From Chromera velia (lineage: Eukaryota): a DNA stretch of 49,307 nt. Position 1 is the stretch's first letter; every line of letters starts with the position of its first letter. Under the pieces are notes generated by a model. That model did not search any database and was not told the origin of the DNA. It saw only the letters and a program-made list of their open reading frames with translations. A program made the translations under genes and the position numbers. Where the stretch lies: NCBI GenBank assembly GCA_018398765.1, contig JAHBMJ010000351.1, positions 1 to 49,307 of the forward strand, given 5' to 3'. Below are positions 23,837 through 39,789 of this stretch, piece by piece.

Positions 23837-26800
23837 ATGGGTCTTCTCCCACGAAAAGAACGAGCGGAACAGAGAGAGAGAGAGAGAACCGGTACATTAT
23901 TATTCGCCCTTCTCGTTCTTGAGCGAAGCCTCCTTCCTGATTCTGCAGCACATCTCCGCCCTGTCCTGCAAAAGGGAAGGGTTCGGATTGGGATGCGTCC
24001 TTCTGCATTTCATGAGAACGGTGAGGTAGAAGAGAGGGCAAGCTTGGGGGTTCTGTTTTCATGATGCATGGCCAGAAAAAAACGGGCGTTCTATTCTAAC
24101 TATCTCTAGTTGTCCATCAATTCTGTCAAACTGATGGGTTGGACGGGGTGGTTTTTGTGGAAGCACATCGGAGTGCCCTCGTGCCTGTCTCACTTTTTGA
24201 AGCTCCGGAGTACGTATCTGCGTGTTCATCATCCACCTTTTGCTGCATGCGTACCCCTCAATCTTTCGTTTTTTCATGCGCAAGCCACACTGGGTCTCGA
24301 ACAAGAAAGAAGAAAACCCCGGCTTGTCTAACCGGTTTCTTGGGGGGGACGTCTGAAGGTCGCGTACGTGCATGGAGACTTTCTCGATCCCTCTCCTGTC
24401 CGGCAGTACCGGTTCACATGTCCGTCCGTCCTCACGTGTGCATGCCTGCCTGCAGGGACGCTCTCGTTTGCCCTTGGGAGCGCTTGACCTCTCTGGTGGG
24501 CCTGCCTCTCCTTCCTTCTAGTCTACCATTCCTACTCTGGATTCCTCTCTGCCTAGCTTCTTTCGTTCATTCTTTCAAACACTATCCATCTATTCAGTTC
24601 TTGCTCCCTATCCTGCTCCCTTTCTTCCTTTCTGCTGCATGTGGGGACAAACACACAGAACAAATGTGCAACAGTACTGGCCTGTCGCTGTCTCTCGCTG
24701 CTTTGTTTTGCCTTTCCGTTCCTCGCTGTCTTTCTCCTTTTGGCGCAGCTACCTGCCTGCCCGCACGCTTCACTTCCGCAAAGCCCTTAGGGTCTGTATC
24801 CATGAATGCATGCACGTGTCTGGTCGGAGGGAGAAATGTGTTGCCATTCGTCTGATGTGCCTCTGTTGGTTGCTTGCAGACTTCTCTCTGGGTGCACGGA
24901 AACTTAAGGTTCTCCTCTCCTCCCTTCCCTCGGGGCCTTCCTCTCTTCAGACCCTCACATGCGGTCAGCTGACGGGAGGGACTTCTTTTTTTTTGTTGTC
25001 CATCTTGTTGTCTCTCCTCTCTCTTTTTTTCGCATTTTTTTCGGTTGTGCTTGTGGGTACGTGAGACTCCCTGAGTGAGAACCGTGCAGAACAAACTTTA
25101 TTTCTTCCTTTCGCTCTCTCCCCCCCCCCCAACCCGTGTGCATGCACGCAGGTCCAGGGGTCTGCACTCCCGCCTCCCTTCCCGTTCTCGCGGCCTTCCT
25201 CAAAAGGGGGGGAGGGGGCGCGGGGGGGCGGCTGGCACCTCTTTGAAGACCCTTCTTGCCCGCAGTCAGTTTGCTTGTCAGCCTGCATTGCAAGCAGCGG
25301 GGGTCTCTCAGAAAATGTTCGCCTGGCGTGTGCGTCTGTCAGCATGTGTGTGTGTGTGAGTGTGTGTGCGTGCGGGTGTGCGCGCGCGGCGCGCGTGTAT
25401 GTGCGTGTGTCCAGGAAAATTGAAGCCGAAGGGTGTGTGCCGCGGAAGGATGAAAGGGAGGGGACACCGGGGCGCCCTGTGAAGAAAATTATTGCGCGGT
25501 TGTAAAACAGCTCCGATATCCACTTCTTTCCTTTCCTTCTGTTGATGCTTGAAATTTGGGTTCCTTTTGCTGATCGTTTATGTCGAGTGGCCGTTTGCTC
25601 TGTCTGCGTAACTGCAGAATGTGACCTTGATGATTCCTCAATCTTCTTCCAGTCACTCCCTCCCTCCTTGGAGTTCCTCGACCTCAGAGGTGGGTTTTGT
25701 GTTTCGTGCTTTTCTCGTCGTGGCTCCTGCTCAGACACTCATGAAGGCGGGGGTGTACTTTTTTTACTCCACTCACTGCATTGAAGGGCTCTCAGTCACA
25801 CGCGCCTGTGGCAAATAAATTGAATCGCGGATCCAATTCTGTATTGTAATCTTCTCTCCAGAATTGGCATCCCATTGAGAGCCTGCATGTTCAAAACAGC
25901 CGTATTGGAACGTCTCCTAAAAAAAAAAAGAATGCAACCAGCTGCTTCATGGATAATCCCCTGCTTCTTTGCTTTTTGCCCCTCTACCGTTCATATTGCC
26001 ATCATAACTTGCCCGCTATCCAATCTATCCGTCGACCCTCATGCACTACAGCCCCTCACGTTGAGGATAATCTCCAATGTCAATTGATTTTTCCTTCCTG
26101 AAGGCTCCCCCTAATCCGATTTTGCCTCTCTGCTTCGATCGCAGAAAACAGGTTGCGCAGACCATCCATGGAGTCGTTCAGCTTTGTCCTTGCTGCTCGC
26201 TGGCTCCCGACCCTCTTGAGCGTGGACCTGAGTGACAATCCCCTCGGCCCTTTTGGGGTGAGGGCGCTTGCGAAGGGTCTCTGTGCTCCCCTCCAGTCCC
26301 TCCGACTCGGTCGCACAGATGCGAGGAAAGAGGGGGCGGAGGCCCTGGCAGAGGTGTTGAAGGCAAAGAAAGTGAGCTCTCTGCAGACTCTTGATCTCGC
26401 AGAGAATGAGATGTGGGCGGGGGGGTTCAAGCCGTTGGCGGCAGCACTCTCTGAGCTGGGTGCAGTGCCGTCTCTCCGCGTTCTGATTCTGAAAAAGAAC
26501 AGCCTTACACACGTAAATTCAGAAGAAACGCAGAGAGACTACGCCCCCCTTTCAGCGTTGCTCTCGACAGACCGACTGACAGAGTTGGAAGAACTAAGAC
26601 CTCGGGGTTGAGGGGGCGCCTGACCGCCCTTCCGCTGCCGCTGTTGTGGCTGCCGGTCGTTTTCCGAAACTCCGAGTGCTCAACCTTGCTGACAATTACA
26701 TGCCTTCCCAGGAAGCAGCAGCCTTGGCAAACGCTCTCGGGGGGGGGGAGGCTTCTCTCCTCGAAGAACTCGATTTGTCAAAAAACGGGCGGGTTGTAGT

Positions 26801-29039
26801 GGGAGAGAATGGGGAATTAGAGGGAGAGGGGGGAGCGATTCAGTTGCCTGCAAACGCAGTGAGTTCCAGCCGCGTCACTCACCTCACCCGTTTGAGGTTG
26901 AATGAATTCTCTGACCTCCCGAGTGATTCTGTCAGGTCATTGTTCCAAGCCATGGCAGACGGGAAGACACCAGATCTCCGAACGATTGAGGTCAGCGTTT
27001 CTGATTCAGACGAGGGCGTAAGGTATGATGAGGCAGTGGATGCCTTTGCCGTGATGGTCAGGGAGGGGGGAATTCCAAGGATTGAGCAGATACGTCTCGA
27101 TTTCCACATTGGAGACCTCCGATCTGCCCCCATGTCGTCTCTAGGGAGGGCCCTGGGGTCGGGAGCGGCTTCCTCTCTCCGAGAGTTGAAGCTCAAATGG
27201 TTTTGTGACGGGGATGACGAAAACCCCGAAGGGGGGGTTGCTGGTCTGGCAGAGGGTCTGGGTGGGGGTGGTATGCCGTTCCTCGAGGACCTTGATTTAG
27301 AGGTGATGTTCCCGGATGATGGTGAGGGTGGGGAAGGAGGTTCAGAGCTCGGAGAGGTTTTGAGCACAGGGAAGGCCCCGTCCCTGCGACATGTGAGGTT
27401 GGGTTGGCCTGCCACACAGTTGCTTTCCACTCTGTGCCAAGGTCTCTGTGTCGGAAGTTCCCCCCCTCCAATGATGAGATTGGAGATGGATTTCAAGCAT
27501 GTAACTAGCAATTCTGAAATCCCTTTGTCTCGTCTTGCCCAGACGATCCTTTCGGGCCGTCTGTCATATTTGCGCAAACTGTCAACCTCTCTGATTCTGC
27601 CGTTCGCAGAATTGACGCGGCCGTTTGCAGAGTTGGGGGGGGCTCTGACACATTCAGGAGCCTCTATGGCTTTCCTCGAAGAAGTGTCGATTCACTTTGT
27701 CCGTCAGGCAACAAAAGAGGCATTCGTAGAAGCGTTGCATCGTGGTCCAAGTCGTCTCCCGTCCCTCCGAACACTCGGGACTTTTGGGGAGCGTCCATCA
27801 GCTTCCTGTCTCGCACCCCTTATCGCAAGAGGCCAAGTGTCGTCTCTTAGCGAAGTGAAGCTGAAGCTGGGTGAGACCGACATTAAGGGAATTCAAGCCC
27901 TTGCCATGAGCCTCGGTTCCCCCCATGCCGCTTCCTTACGAAAGATGGAAATAGAATTCGAGCTGTGCGTCTCCCTAGCCTCTCCCCACCTGACCAGACT
28001 GCAGTCTCTGCTAGTCAGCGGCGTTGCTGATGTCTCTGCGGTTCTCTCCGTCTGTGCAGGGCTTGAGAGTGGGAAGCTCTCTTCCCTGTCTGAGCTGACT
28101 TTTTATTGGGTCTGTCTTGAGAGAGAGACAGTGGCAAGAGCGCTCTCTGCCGCTCTAGACGCAGCGAAGCTCCCTCAGTTGAGAATCCTGAAAATTAAGT
28201 GCTGCCCTATAAAATTTTCTGTTGAAATCCCAGTTGTTTTACCTGTTACAATACCTGTCGACTGAGAAAAGTAAAAAGTCCCAGTACTGGTAAAAAAAAA
28301 AATACTAGTCACAGAGAAAATCCACAGGGATTTTTTGGTTTTTCACTGGTATTTTTCAAAAATCTCTGTTGGTCCTAACTTATGAAGTACAAGGAGTTAG
28401 AAGCTCAAATTTTGCATGCTATACTAGAGCTCTAAGCGTGCTTGCATACGCCCATGACTTAAAATAAGTTAATTCTATTTATATTTTATGCAACACAAAA
28501 AATATGTGTTGGCTGGAAAAATTTCAAAAAGTACCAGTGGAAAAAAAATCTTTATTTGTTTTTTCCCAGTGGTATGTTTTTACATTTTCCCAGTTAACAG
28601 ATATTTTTTGTATCATATAAAAATAATAAAATATTAATTTGAGCTTCTAACTCCTTGTACTTCATAAGTTAGGACCAACAGGGATTTTTAAAAAATACCA
28701 GTGAAAATCCAAAAAATACCAGTAAAAATACCTGTAACAGGTAAAACAACAGGGATTTCAACAGGAAATTTTATAGGGTGTTCCCTTACTGATGAGGGGC
28801 TTCAAGCACTAACAGATGTCTGGAAAAATCGGCAGCCCCCTTCGCTACAGCATCTGGGCCTGAATCTGAACAATCTGTCTGATGGGGGGACAAAGACTTT
28901 GGCAGACCTCCTCGGATCAAGGAAGATCCCCTCCCTCTGCAGAGCAAATCTTTCAGGGAATAAGATAGAGGGGCTTACGAAAGAAATGCTGGATACCGCA
29001 TTTCTTGAATTGAATTTTATGTCCTGGATAAGAGACTGA
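23837..29039 (+). pseudogene. RNI-like leucine-rich repeat protein, disrupted
   Basis: Short 5' exons (GRSRLPLGALDLS; DFSLGARKL..LQTL; KCDLDD..SLEFLDLR), then a long exon from ~26145 with repeated L..L.L..N.L...G..AL units. Frameshifts at the G-run ~25205-25228 and at ~26597 (LEEL/DLGVEG). A MITE is inserted at 28205-28778; removing it restores LRILKIKCCSLTDEGLQAL. Confidence 0.85.
28205..28778. mobile_element. 574-bp foldback MITE with CCC termini and a 2-bp TSD (EnSpm/CACTA-like)
   Basis: ~46-bp TIR CCCTATAAAATTTYCTGTTGAAATCCCWGTTGTTTTACCTGTTACA at both ends. A second internal inverted repeat of ~80 bp lies at ~28330-28411 and ~28636-28717. TSD TG at 28203-28204 and 28779-28780. Exact removal restores the LRR reading frame. 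Confidence 0.92.
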
Positions 29040-29166
29040 TTGGCTGGCTGCATCGGAAAGATTAACCTGATTGAAATGATTGCTAAGTTTAGCTGAATTA
29101 AATGATGTTTGACTGCCGTTGTTCATGTCTTCATTTTGAATGCGCTGTTATATAGCGTAGTCATAT

Positions 29167-31900
29167 GAATGAATGAATGAATGAATGAGTGAATGAGTGA
29201 ATGAAGTTGGCTTTACTAGAGTGGAGCCGTGCTCCCAACAGCCCATATTCATGCAAGAGATCGTCAATCACTCAACTCTAGAGATAAGGCTAAGCACGAG
29301 ATCCCCTGAAGTGCTCGCTTGGTGAGCTCACGAGCAGCATGCGCGTTGTAGGTGGCAATATAAGACTCGAACAGAAGAAGAAAAGGTCGCGTTCACACAG
29401 AGACAGGCGTGCACAGTGAGTGACAAAGATCGCAAACGGCTCTGCATGCTTCATATGGATCGACTTGTAAAGCCAAAAGCAGCATCTTCCTCGCTTCTGT
29501 TTCGGCTGTATCCGATCCCTCAATTCCTTCTCTCTGAATCCTTTGCTTCACTTTCTTTCCCTCTACCACTTTGTTTAGTTTATTTCTTGCTTCTACCCAA
29601 TTGGAGCATACTGAAAGCCGGTGCCAGAGATCATCAATTTTTCTTCCATTTGAACAACCCTCTGCCAGACAAAACACCTCTCCCGGAGAGTTGGCCCTCC
29701 CCGTTAGACCCTTCCGATTTAGTTTCAATGTCCTTAGGAGTGGCTCAATCTTTTCACATAAGGCACTTCTCGGCAGACAGGACATCCATACCTTGGGGCC
29801 ATTCTTTGAAGACAAAAGAAATAGAGAAGAACGTAAAGAAGACGGAAGAGCTCTCTGTAGTCCTGATAAAGAGGCAGACAGGGGGAAGTTGCCCCTTTCT
29901 TCCCTGTCTCCCCTTTTCATGCATTCCATTCCCCAGGCATCCTTAATTTTGGCAGAAACAAACAAATTCCCCTTCGGGGCCCGTCTTTCTGAGCTCCGGA
30001 CAGGGAGAGACGTCAAAAAGTCAAGGCCTGCCCATCTGAACAGACCATTGACGGCTCGTCTTTGCTTCTGCCCCGCTGGTCCCTTCCATGAATTCAAAAG
30101 AGCCTGAGGAATACGGAGATGCGAACGGCTAAGTGCAATCCAGAATGAAGCAAAACGAGCACACAAGAGCGCGCGAGCAGACATTAAATTAACAGACAAA
30201 AGAGAGGGTACACGCAAACTCCTGACCGGAAGTCGGGCCGCCCATCGAACAAACCGGAGCCGCAAGTTGTCAATCGCCTCCCAGTCTCCCTGTCTTATCG
30301 GAAAGCACTCCAGGCTATAGAGTGCCACCGGCTCCCAGCACGCCTTCAGCAGCTGCATCTTTCCCTCGAGAGGCAACCTAGACAGACTTGCAGCCAGACC
30401 AATCACCGCCCCCATTGCACGCTCTGCACTGTGTAGGCGTGCTTCAATCGACCGAGTCAAATCCCCTCCCTCAAACAGAAGGCAACCCAAATATTTATAC
30501 TGATCACACCAGTCTACTTCCTTCCTTTGATACAAAATCATACCGTTACAGTCCTCGCGGTATTCACAAAGGCGCAGGACCTTGGTTTTCTTCAGATTGA
30601 CATTCAACCCCCACTTTCCGCAATACCCCTCCAGGGCATCGAATTTTGCTTGGAGGTCGGCTGCTGAGTGTGCAAACAAGACAAGATCATCAGCGTAGCC
30701 TATACTTCCCAAACGAGCCCCAGCAAGGTGAACCCCCTCCGTTTCCTTTCCATCTCCCCGTTTTCCTTTCTGAATCTCATCATGCAGGTCATTAATGAAT
30801 AATAGAAAAAGTGACGGGGATAACGCATCACCTTGCTTAACCCCTGCCCCCTCCGGGAATAGAGCCGAGTCGGGACTCCCCATCGACTCTCGCTTTCACG
30901 CCTCTATACATTGATACAATCATCAATAGATCTCTCTTCTCTATTCCCTCAGCCTGCAGCTTTGCCAGAAGCTTCAGCCGAGGAATAGAGTCAAACACCT
31001 TTGAGAAGTCGACAAATCCGCCCAGGAGCCCCTTCTTACCTCTTCTGCATTCTTGTACCAAGCCTACCACTGCTCCGATCCCCTCTCTTGTGCCCACCCC
31101 TTTCCTAAACCCGATCTGTCTGTCGTCAAAACGAGCTTGCTGACGGATTCTATCATCCATAAGGAGACCAAAGAGCTTTTTAAGCGGGTTAATGACATGG
31201 ACTGGACGCCAGTCATTCGGCTGTGGCGAAAGGGGACCTTTTGGGATGGGTACGATTCTCAACAAATTCCAGTTATCAGGCTAACACGCATATGCATGCA
31301 TTAAATTAAAGAAAACAAACAAAAGGAAGCGAGAGATGGGAGAGTGACAAAAGCAAAGGTTGAGTTGTTGAGGAGAGATGCCATCGAGCCCTGCCGCTTT
31401 CTTTCTATCCATTCCTTTCAGACGATCAGTCACCTGCTTATACGAGAAAATGAATTGTTTCGGGGGCTCCGGCTCCGGATCAGGCTTTGGTAATTCTTCG
31501 CCCTCCCCAAAAACCCGTGCCCAATGGTTTGAGAAGTCTCTTGCCCCTCGTCTCAGACCGTCTTTCAACAACTTTCTCCTTTCTTTCCAAAGGAAAAGGG
31601 GGTCATTAAGCAAATGTGTCTTCGCTTTTTTAGTTTCCGCTCTCTCAAATCTCTTCCTTTTCTGCCGGAAGATCTCTCTCCTTTTCTTTAAGATGTCTTC
31701 CACCCTTTCCTGCTTTAACTTTCTCTCCACCCCACTTGCACAGTCCTCAACTTCTTTCCTTACTTTCTTCAGGTATTCCTGCAGCTCTTTACATTCCTCA
31801 TCCTACCACCCTTCCTTCTCTCTAAACAACGTTTCGAAGGTAGGAGGCTGTTGCTTCTCTGTCGCTTTCGCTATTACTTCCTTCACATATATATATTGAA
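29167..31900 (-). mobile_element. 5'-truncated non-LTR retrotransposon (RT plus C-terminal CCHC finger; RTE/RTEX-like)
   Basis: Motifs W*DEEC, KAAGLDGI, IVPIPK, WRPV, QIGFRKG, FVDFSKVFDSI, GVKQGDALSPSLF, YADD, VNLKKTK, YKYLG and C-x4-C...H-x4-C. 3' tail (ATTC)n at ~29167-29203. No endonuclease domain remains. Confidence 0.93.
29393..31886 (-). pseudogene. Reverse transcriptase ORF of the non-LTR element, disrupted
   Basis: In-frame TAG stops at 31803-31805 and 31281-31283, and a frameshift in the G-run near 30880, join ORF fragments 31730-31281, 31265-30837 and 30883-29393. Confidence 0.9.
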
Positions 31901-32075
31901 TTGAATTAAATTTTATGTCCTGGATAAGAGACTGATTGGCTGGCTGCATCGGAAAGATTAACCTGATTGAAATGATTGCTAAGTTTAGCTGAATTAAATG
32001 ATATTTGACTGCCGTTGTTCATGTCTTTATTTTGAATTCGCTGTCATATAGCGTAGTCATATACATATTAGCAGC

Positions 32076-32077
<2 letters not shown>

Positions 32078-32123
<46 letters not shown>

Positions 32124-32140
32124 AGATAGATAGATAATAA
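32078..32140. repeat. (TA)n/(TAGATA)n microsatellite
   Basis: Direct reading. Confidence 0.9.
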
Positions 32141-34011
32141 TATGTTTTACATAAAAATTATATTATTTTATATATATATAATTCACTTAAACAATTATCG
32201 AAATATTATACATACGACTATATGACAGTACTAGTGACAGTGTGACTATGACTATGACGCGCCATCGTCATTGATCCATATCCAGAGCTAGCTGGAGACT
32301 TCTAACGTTCACGTTCGGCAGGAAAATTAAAGTTGCTATTTTCTAAGATGCTGGCCATGTTTATAATATACACTGAGTATTACACTCCCTTAATTAACAG
32401 TGTGATTCAACACTTCAAATCAAAAACTTTAATCTCTTGACTAGAGTCTCTCGAGAGACATATGCTTTTTCATCAAAGCTAGCATCAAAGCTGCATGCTG
32501 GCTCTCAGGTAAAAGTTTTCCATCCAAGCGACTTCACCTAATAATGGTACCCTCATCTCCAAACATTGTCAAACAACTCGGTCCAAAATTTTTTCTACTC
32601 CACATCCTAACATTACTATACTTAGTACTATACTGCCCCTCACTTCTTTTCCTTTCTTTTTCTTAATTCTGGGTGGGCTGGGGGATCGGGTTATCTTTGT
32701 ATCATCAAATTGTATGTTTCTTATTGATGCACCTAGCATCCCCACTCACTTACAAAGGTTCGGCATATGCAGAGAGGGTATTAATTGGAACGCCCCCGTC
32801 ACCTTACCTTTCCTCCTAGCCCTTCTCTTTTCCTTCCTCTGAGTTCCTCTCTGCCTAGCTCCTCTTCCTCTGCCTCCTTCATCCCTTCCATCACTATCTT
32901 CCTTCATCTTTTCCTGTTTTTTATAAATTGCAATGTACATGTATATATATATTTCAATAGTAGAATCAATACTATATTTTTTATATTCTTCCCAACATTT
33001 TTTTCTGTCTACTTCTAGAACATAATCATGATCAATGCTATGCTATGCTATATATAGCAACTTTTCATTAACAAAACGTTGTCTGTCTAGGTTGGAACTA
33101 CAGGGTTGGAAGCTCATACACAACGAAGCTGATTTCAATTGCATGGGTTGTTTAAATTTGATTCCTATAAGCATCATGATGTGTTTGCAAACAATGACGT
33201 TCCTTGAGCTTCCTTCTACAGATCGAGCACTCAGCACCCGACGGCTGCACCCCTTGAGCCCTGTTTCAATCAAAGGCTTCAAAGCAGCGCGGCTATTTGA
33301 TGAGACTATGATATTGATCATGCCCCTGCATGGCATGCGGAAGCCCGCACCGTCAACACCACACCAAAGCACCGCACTACCTCTCTGCCGAACGCGATGG
33401 ATGGATTGAAGAAAAACACAGACCGAAAACGATTGCGAGCCACACTTTGAGGGTCTCCAAGAAAGATGAACGTACTCACGCAAGGAACTCGCAACGTACC
33501 CGAAAGAAAAATAGAAAGGAGACAATTAAAAAAAATCCACTCACCAGGCCCCCATAAGTTCTTTGTCGGTCTGCGTGCCACCTACCTGCTTTGGTGCCAC
33601 AGACAGACGCCCTCTCCTCCTCTCTCCTCGTTTCCCTTTCTCTCTCTCAACATCGAACAAAGTTGGATCGGCATTTCCGACGTTTCTCTTTTCAATCGAC
33701 CTGCAGGTCACAAGGCTTGAATAGAAAAATCTCCCTCAGACACGCACATCCCTCGAAGGCTCCCTCGACCGCAGCAGCATCAATCAGACAGGCAGATTAC
33801 TCCTTTCCCACCACCAGAAACAATCAGTGAGTGGGTTTCTGGCCCTCTTTAATCCCTCACCTTTTTTCTGTCTTCTCCCCCCCTTTTCCTTCTGAAAACC
33901 TCCCCACCTTCACTTCCACAGATCGTTTTTCCCCCTGCACTCCCCCCTCGCTCTTTCACTTTTTCCGCCGGTGCCTCGGCACTTTAGTTGGTCGCCTGAA
34001 TGGGCGGTCGG

Positions 34012-38058
<4,047 letters not shown>

Positions 38059-38467
38059 CAGCCCTCCTATATACTTGTCCAAGCCTCTTCTCTTCTCTTT
38101 TCGAAAGGAGACGGCAGTCTACCGAGACGGCCCGTCGAGTCTGGAGGATGAGTGTGCAGCAGGACGCACGCAGCAGAAGGCTGAACCCAAGTGTGTGCAC
38201 GAAGTAAAACTGATTCGATCAAGGGCCAATTGAAAGCTTGACGTGGGGAGTGTGGTAGCAGAAGAACGAACAAGACAGCGTGGCAGATTGAGCTGCCAGA
38301 CTGGCGCGACTGCATATTTTGGGTTTTCGAATTTGGTTTTCGGAAAACTTGAGTTTTCGCGCCCCATGCTTGGATTCACCGTCTTTGCATGCAGTTTTTG
38401 CCAGAAAACTCGAGTTTTTTGCTGGTTCGATATTTCGCAAGGCGGACCTCTAGCCTTTTGAGGTTTC

Positions 38468-38670
38468 GGGGGCTCGTACAAAATACCTTATGCAACGGCG
38501 TTGCATAAGAGGGCTGGAGGGGGGGGGGGTCTTATGCGGAGGTGGTCCCTCTGGGCGCCGCCGCATTCTAGGATGCAATACATACGCGCCGCCGCCTTAT
38601 GCAACCGGCAAATTGATGGCTTTGGGNGGTTATGCAACGCCGTTGCATAAAGTATTTTGTACGAGTCCCC
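38468..38670. mobile_element. 203-bp MITE with 41-bp TIRs and a 3-bp TSD (PIF/Harbinger-like)
   Basis: TIRs GGGGRCTCGTACAAAATACYTTATGCAACGGCGTTGCATAA at 38468-38508 and 38630-38670, 2 mismatches. TSD TTC at 38465-38467 and 38671-38673. Confidence 0.88.
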
Positions 38671-38909
38671 TTCCACAGCTTTGCTGGCACGATTTTCCAC
38701 CTTAGAATTTGCTTATTGATTGACAATCCTCTTCACTTGCAATTGGCTTTGTTGACTGTTCACTTGTTCTGAAAGAGCTATTGCGTTACGATTATCCCGC
38801 AACTCTCACTTGCAGGCTGTGGAGGAAGGACAAATTCTACCATTCTTTTTTTTGCGAGGAGACGGTTTGGATTTCGAGCAGGTTCCCAGCCCAGAGTCTT
38901 GGTTTCAGC

Positions 38910-39469
38910 ATGGACGCCCTCTTCATACTGAACGAAAACGGGTGGGTCAGAGCTTGTGCTCTTCTGGCATACTAAAGAATTGACTCAGTAGGGTGATTTT
39001 GCATTCCTGCTTTGCCTGGTGTGTCGCCCCCTCTCTTCTGCCGTCTCCAGCTATGCCTTTTCACTGTGTTTCTTGTGTCTTCTGTCAGTTTCTATGTACA
39101 TGCATCAGAAACAGTCGTTTGATCCCCTCTCACATGGCATGTGCCTTCGTGTCCACCTGACTGCAGGAGCTTCATCGTCGAGAAGCATTTTCGGGGCAGA
39201 GTGCCAAGAACCGTATGCGAACCCTTCCTTGACGTCCTCACCAGCGGCACTGTGCAGCCGCACTTGGTCCCCAAAGTGATGAGTGCAGACAGCAGGCACG
39301 CACTACTGCACGTGTATAGGGACAAGATCATCTTCCTGGCAGTCACGGCAAGAGAGGTAGGACCTCATCCCAATGCAGGAGAGCTAGGGCGTGGATGAGG
39401 AAGAAGGGGACTTTGGTGGAGATTGAGGCTGCGAAAGGACGAAAGTTTGCAGTGAGCCACGGAGCTGAT

Positions 39470-39533
<64 letters not shown>

Positions 39534-39755
39534 CCTTTTGGCTCACGCGTGTGATTTATTCTCCTCTCTCTATCTGGGCAATTCCGCAGTAATGTATTTG
39601 CGCTGTGCTTGGGAGCGCATTTTTGTCGAAGTGTTAAACTTGTTTCTTGGGTGGTTTGTTAAGAAGCAGTCTTGCCATTTATCGTTTTCGTGAGTCTCAT
39701 TTTGAAAGTTGCCTGGCGTGATGAATCATCTCTGCTGCTTGTGTGTTTGAATTGG

Positions 39756-39789
<34 letters not shown>

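Larger units (their letters stand above)
29005..32062 (+). repeat. 162-bp direct repeat (29005-29166 and 31901-32062) flanking the retrotransposon, interpreted as a long TSD
   Basis: Both copies read TTGAATTRAATTTTATGTCC...GCGTAGTCATAT, offset 2896, with 5 mismatches by eye. Confidence 0.92.

Noticed and set aside
33035..33581. Overlapping 75-160 aa ORFs downstream of the FBPase-like gene
   Set aside because: No recognisable domain or convincing exon structure; probably UTR or intergenic.
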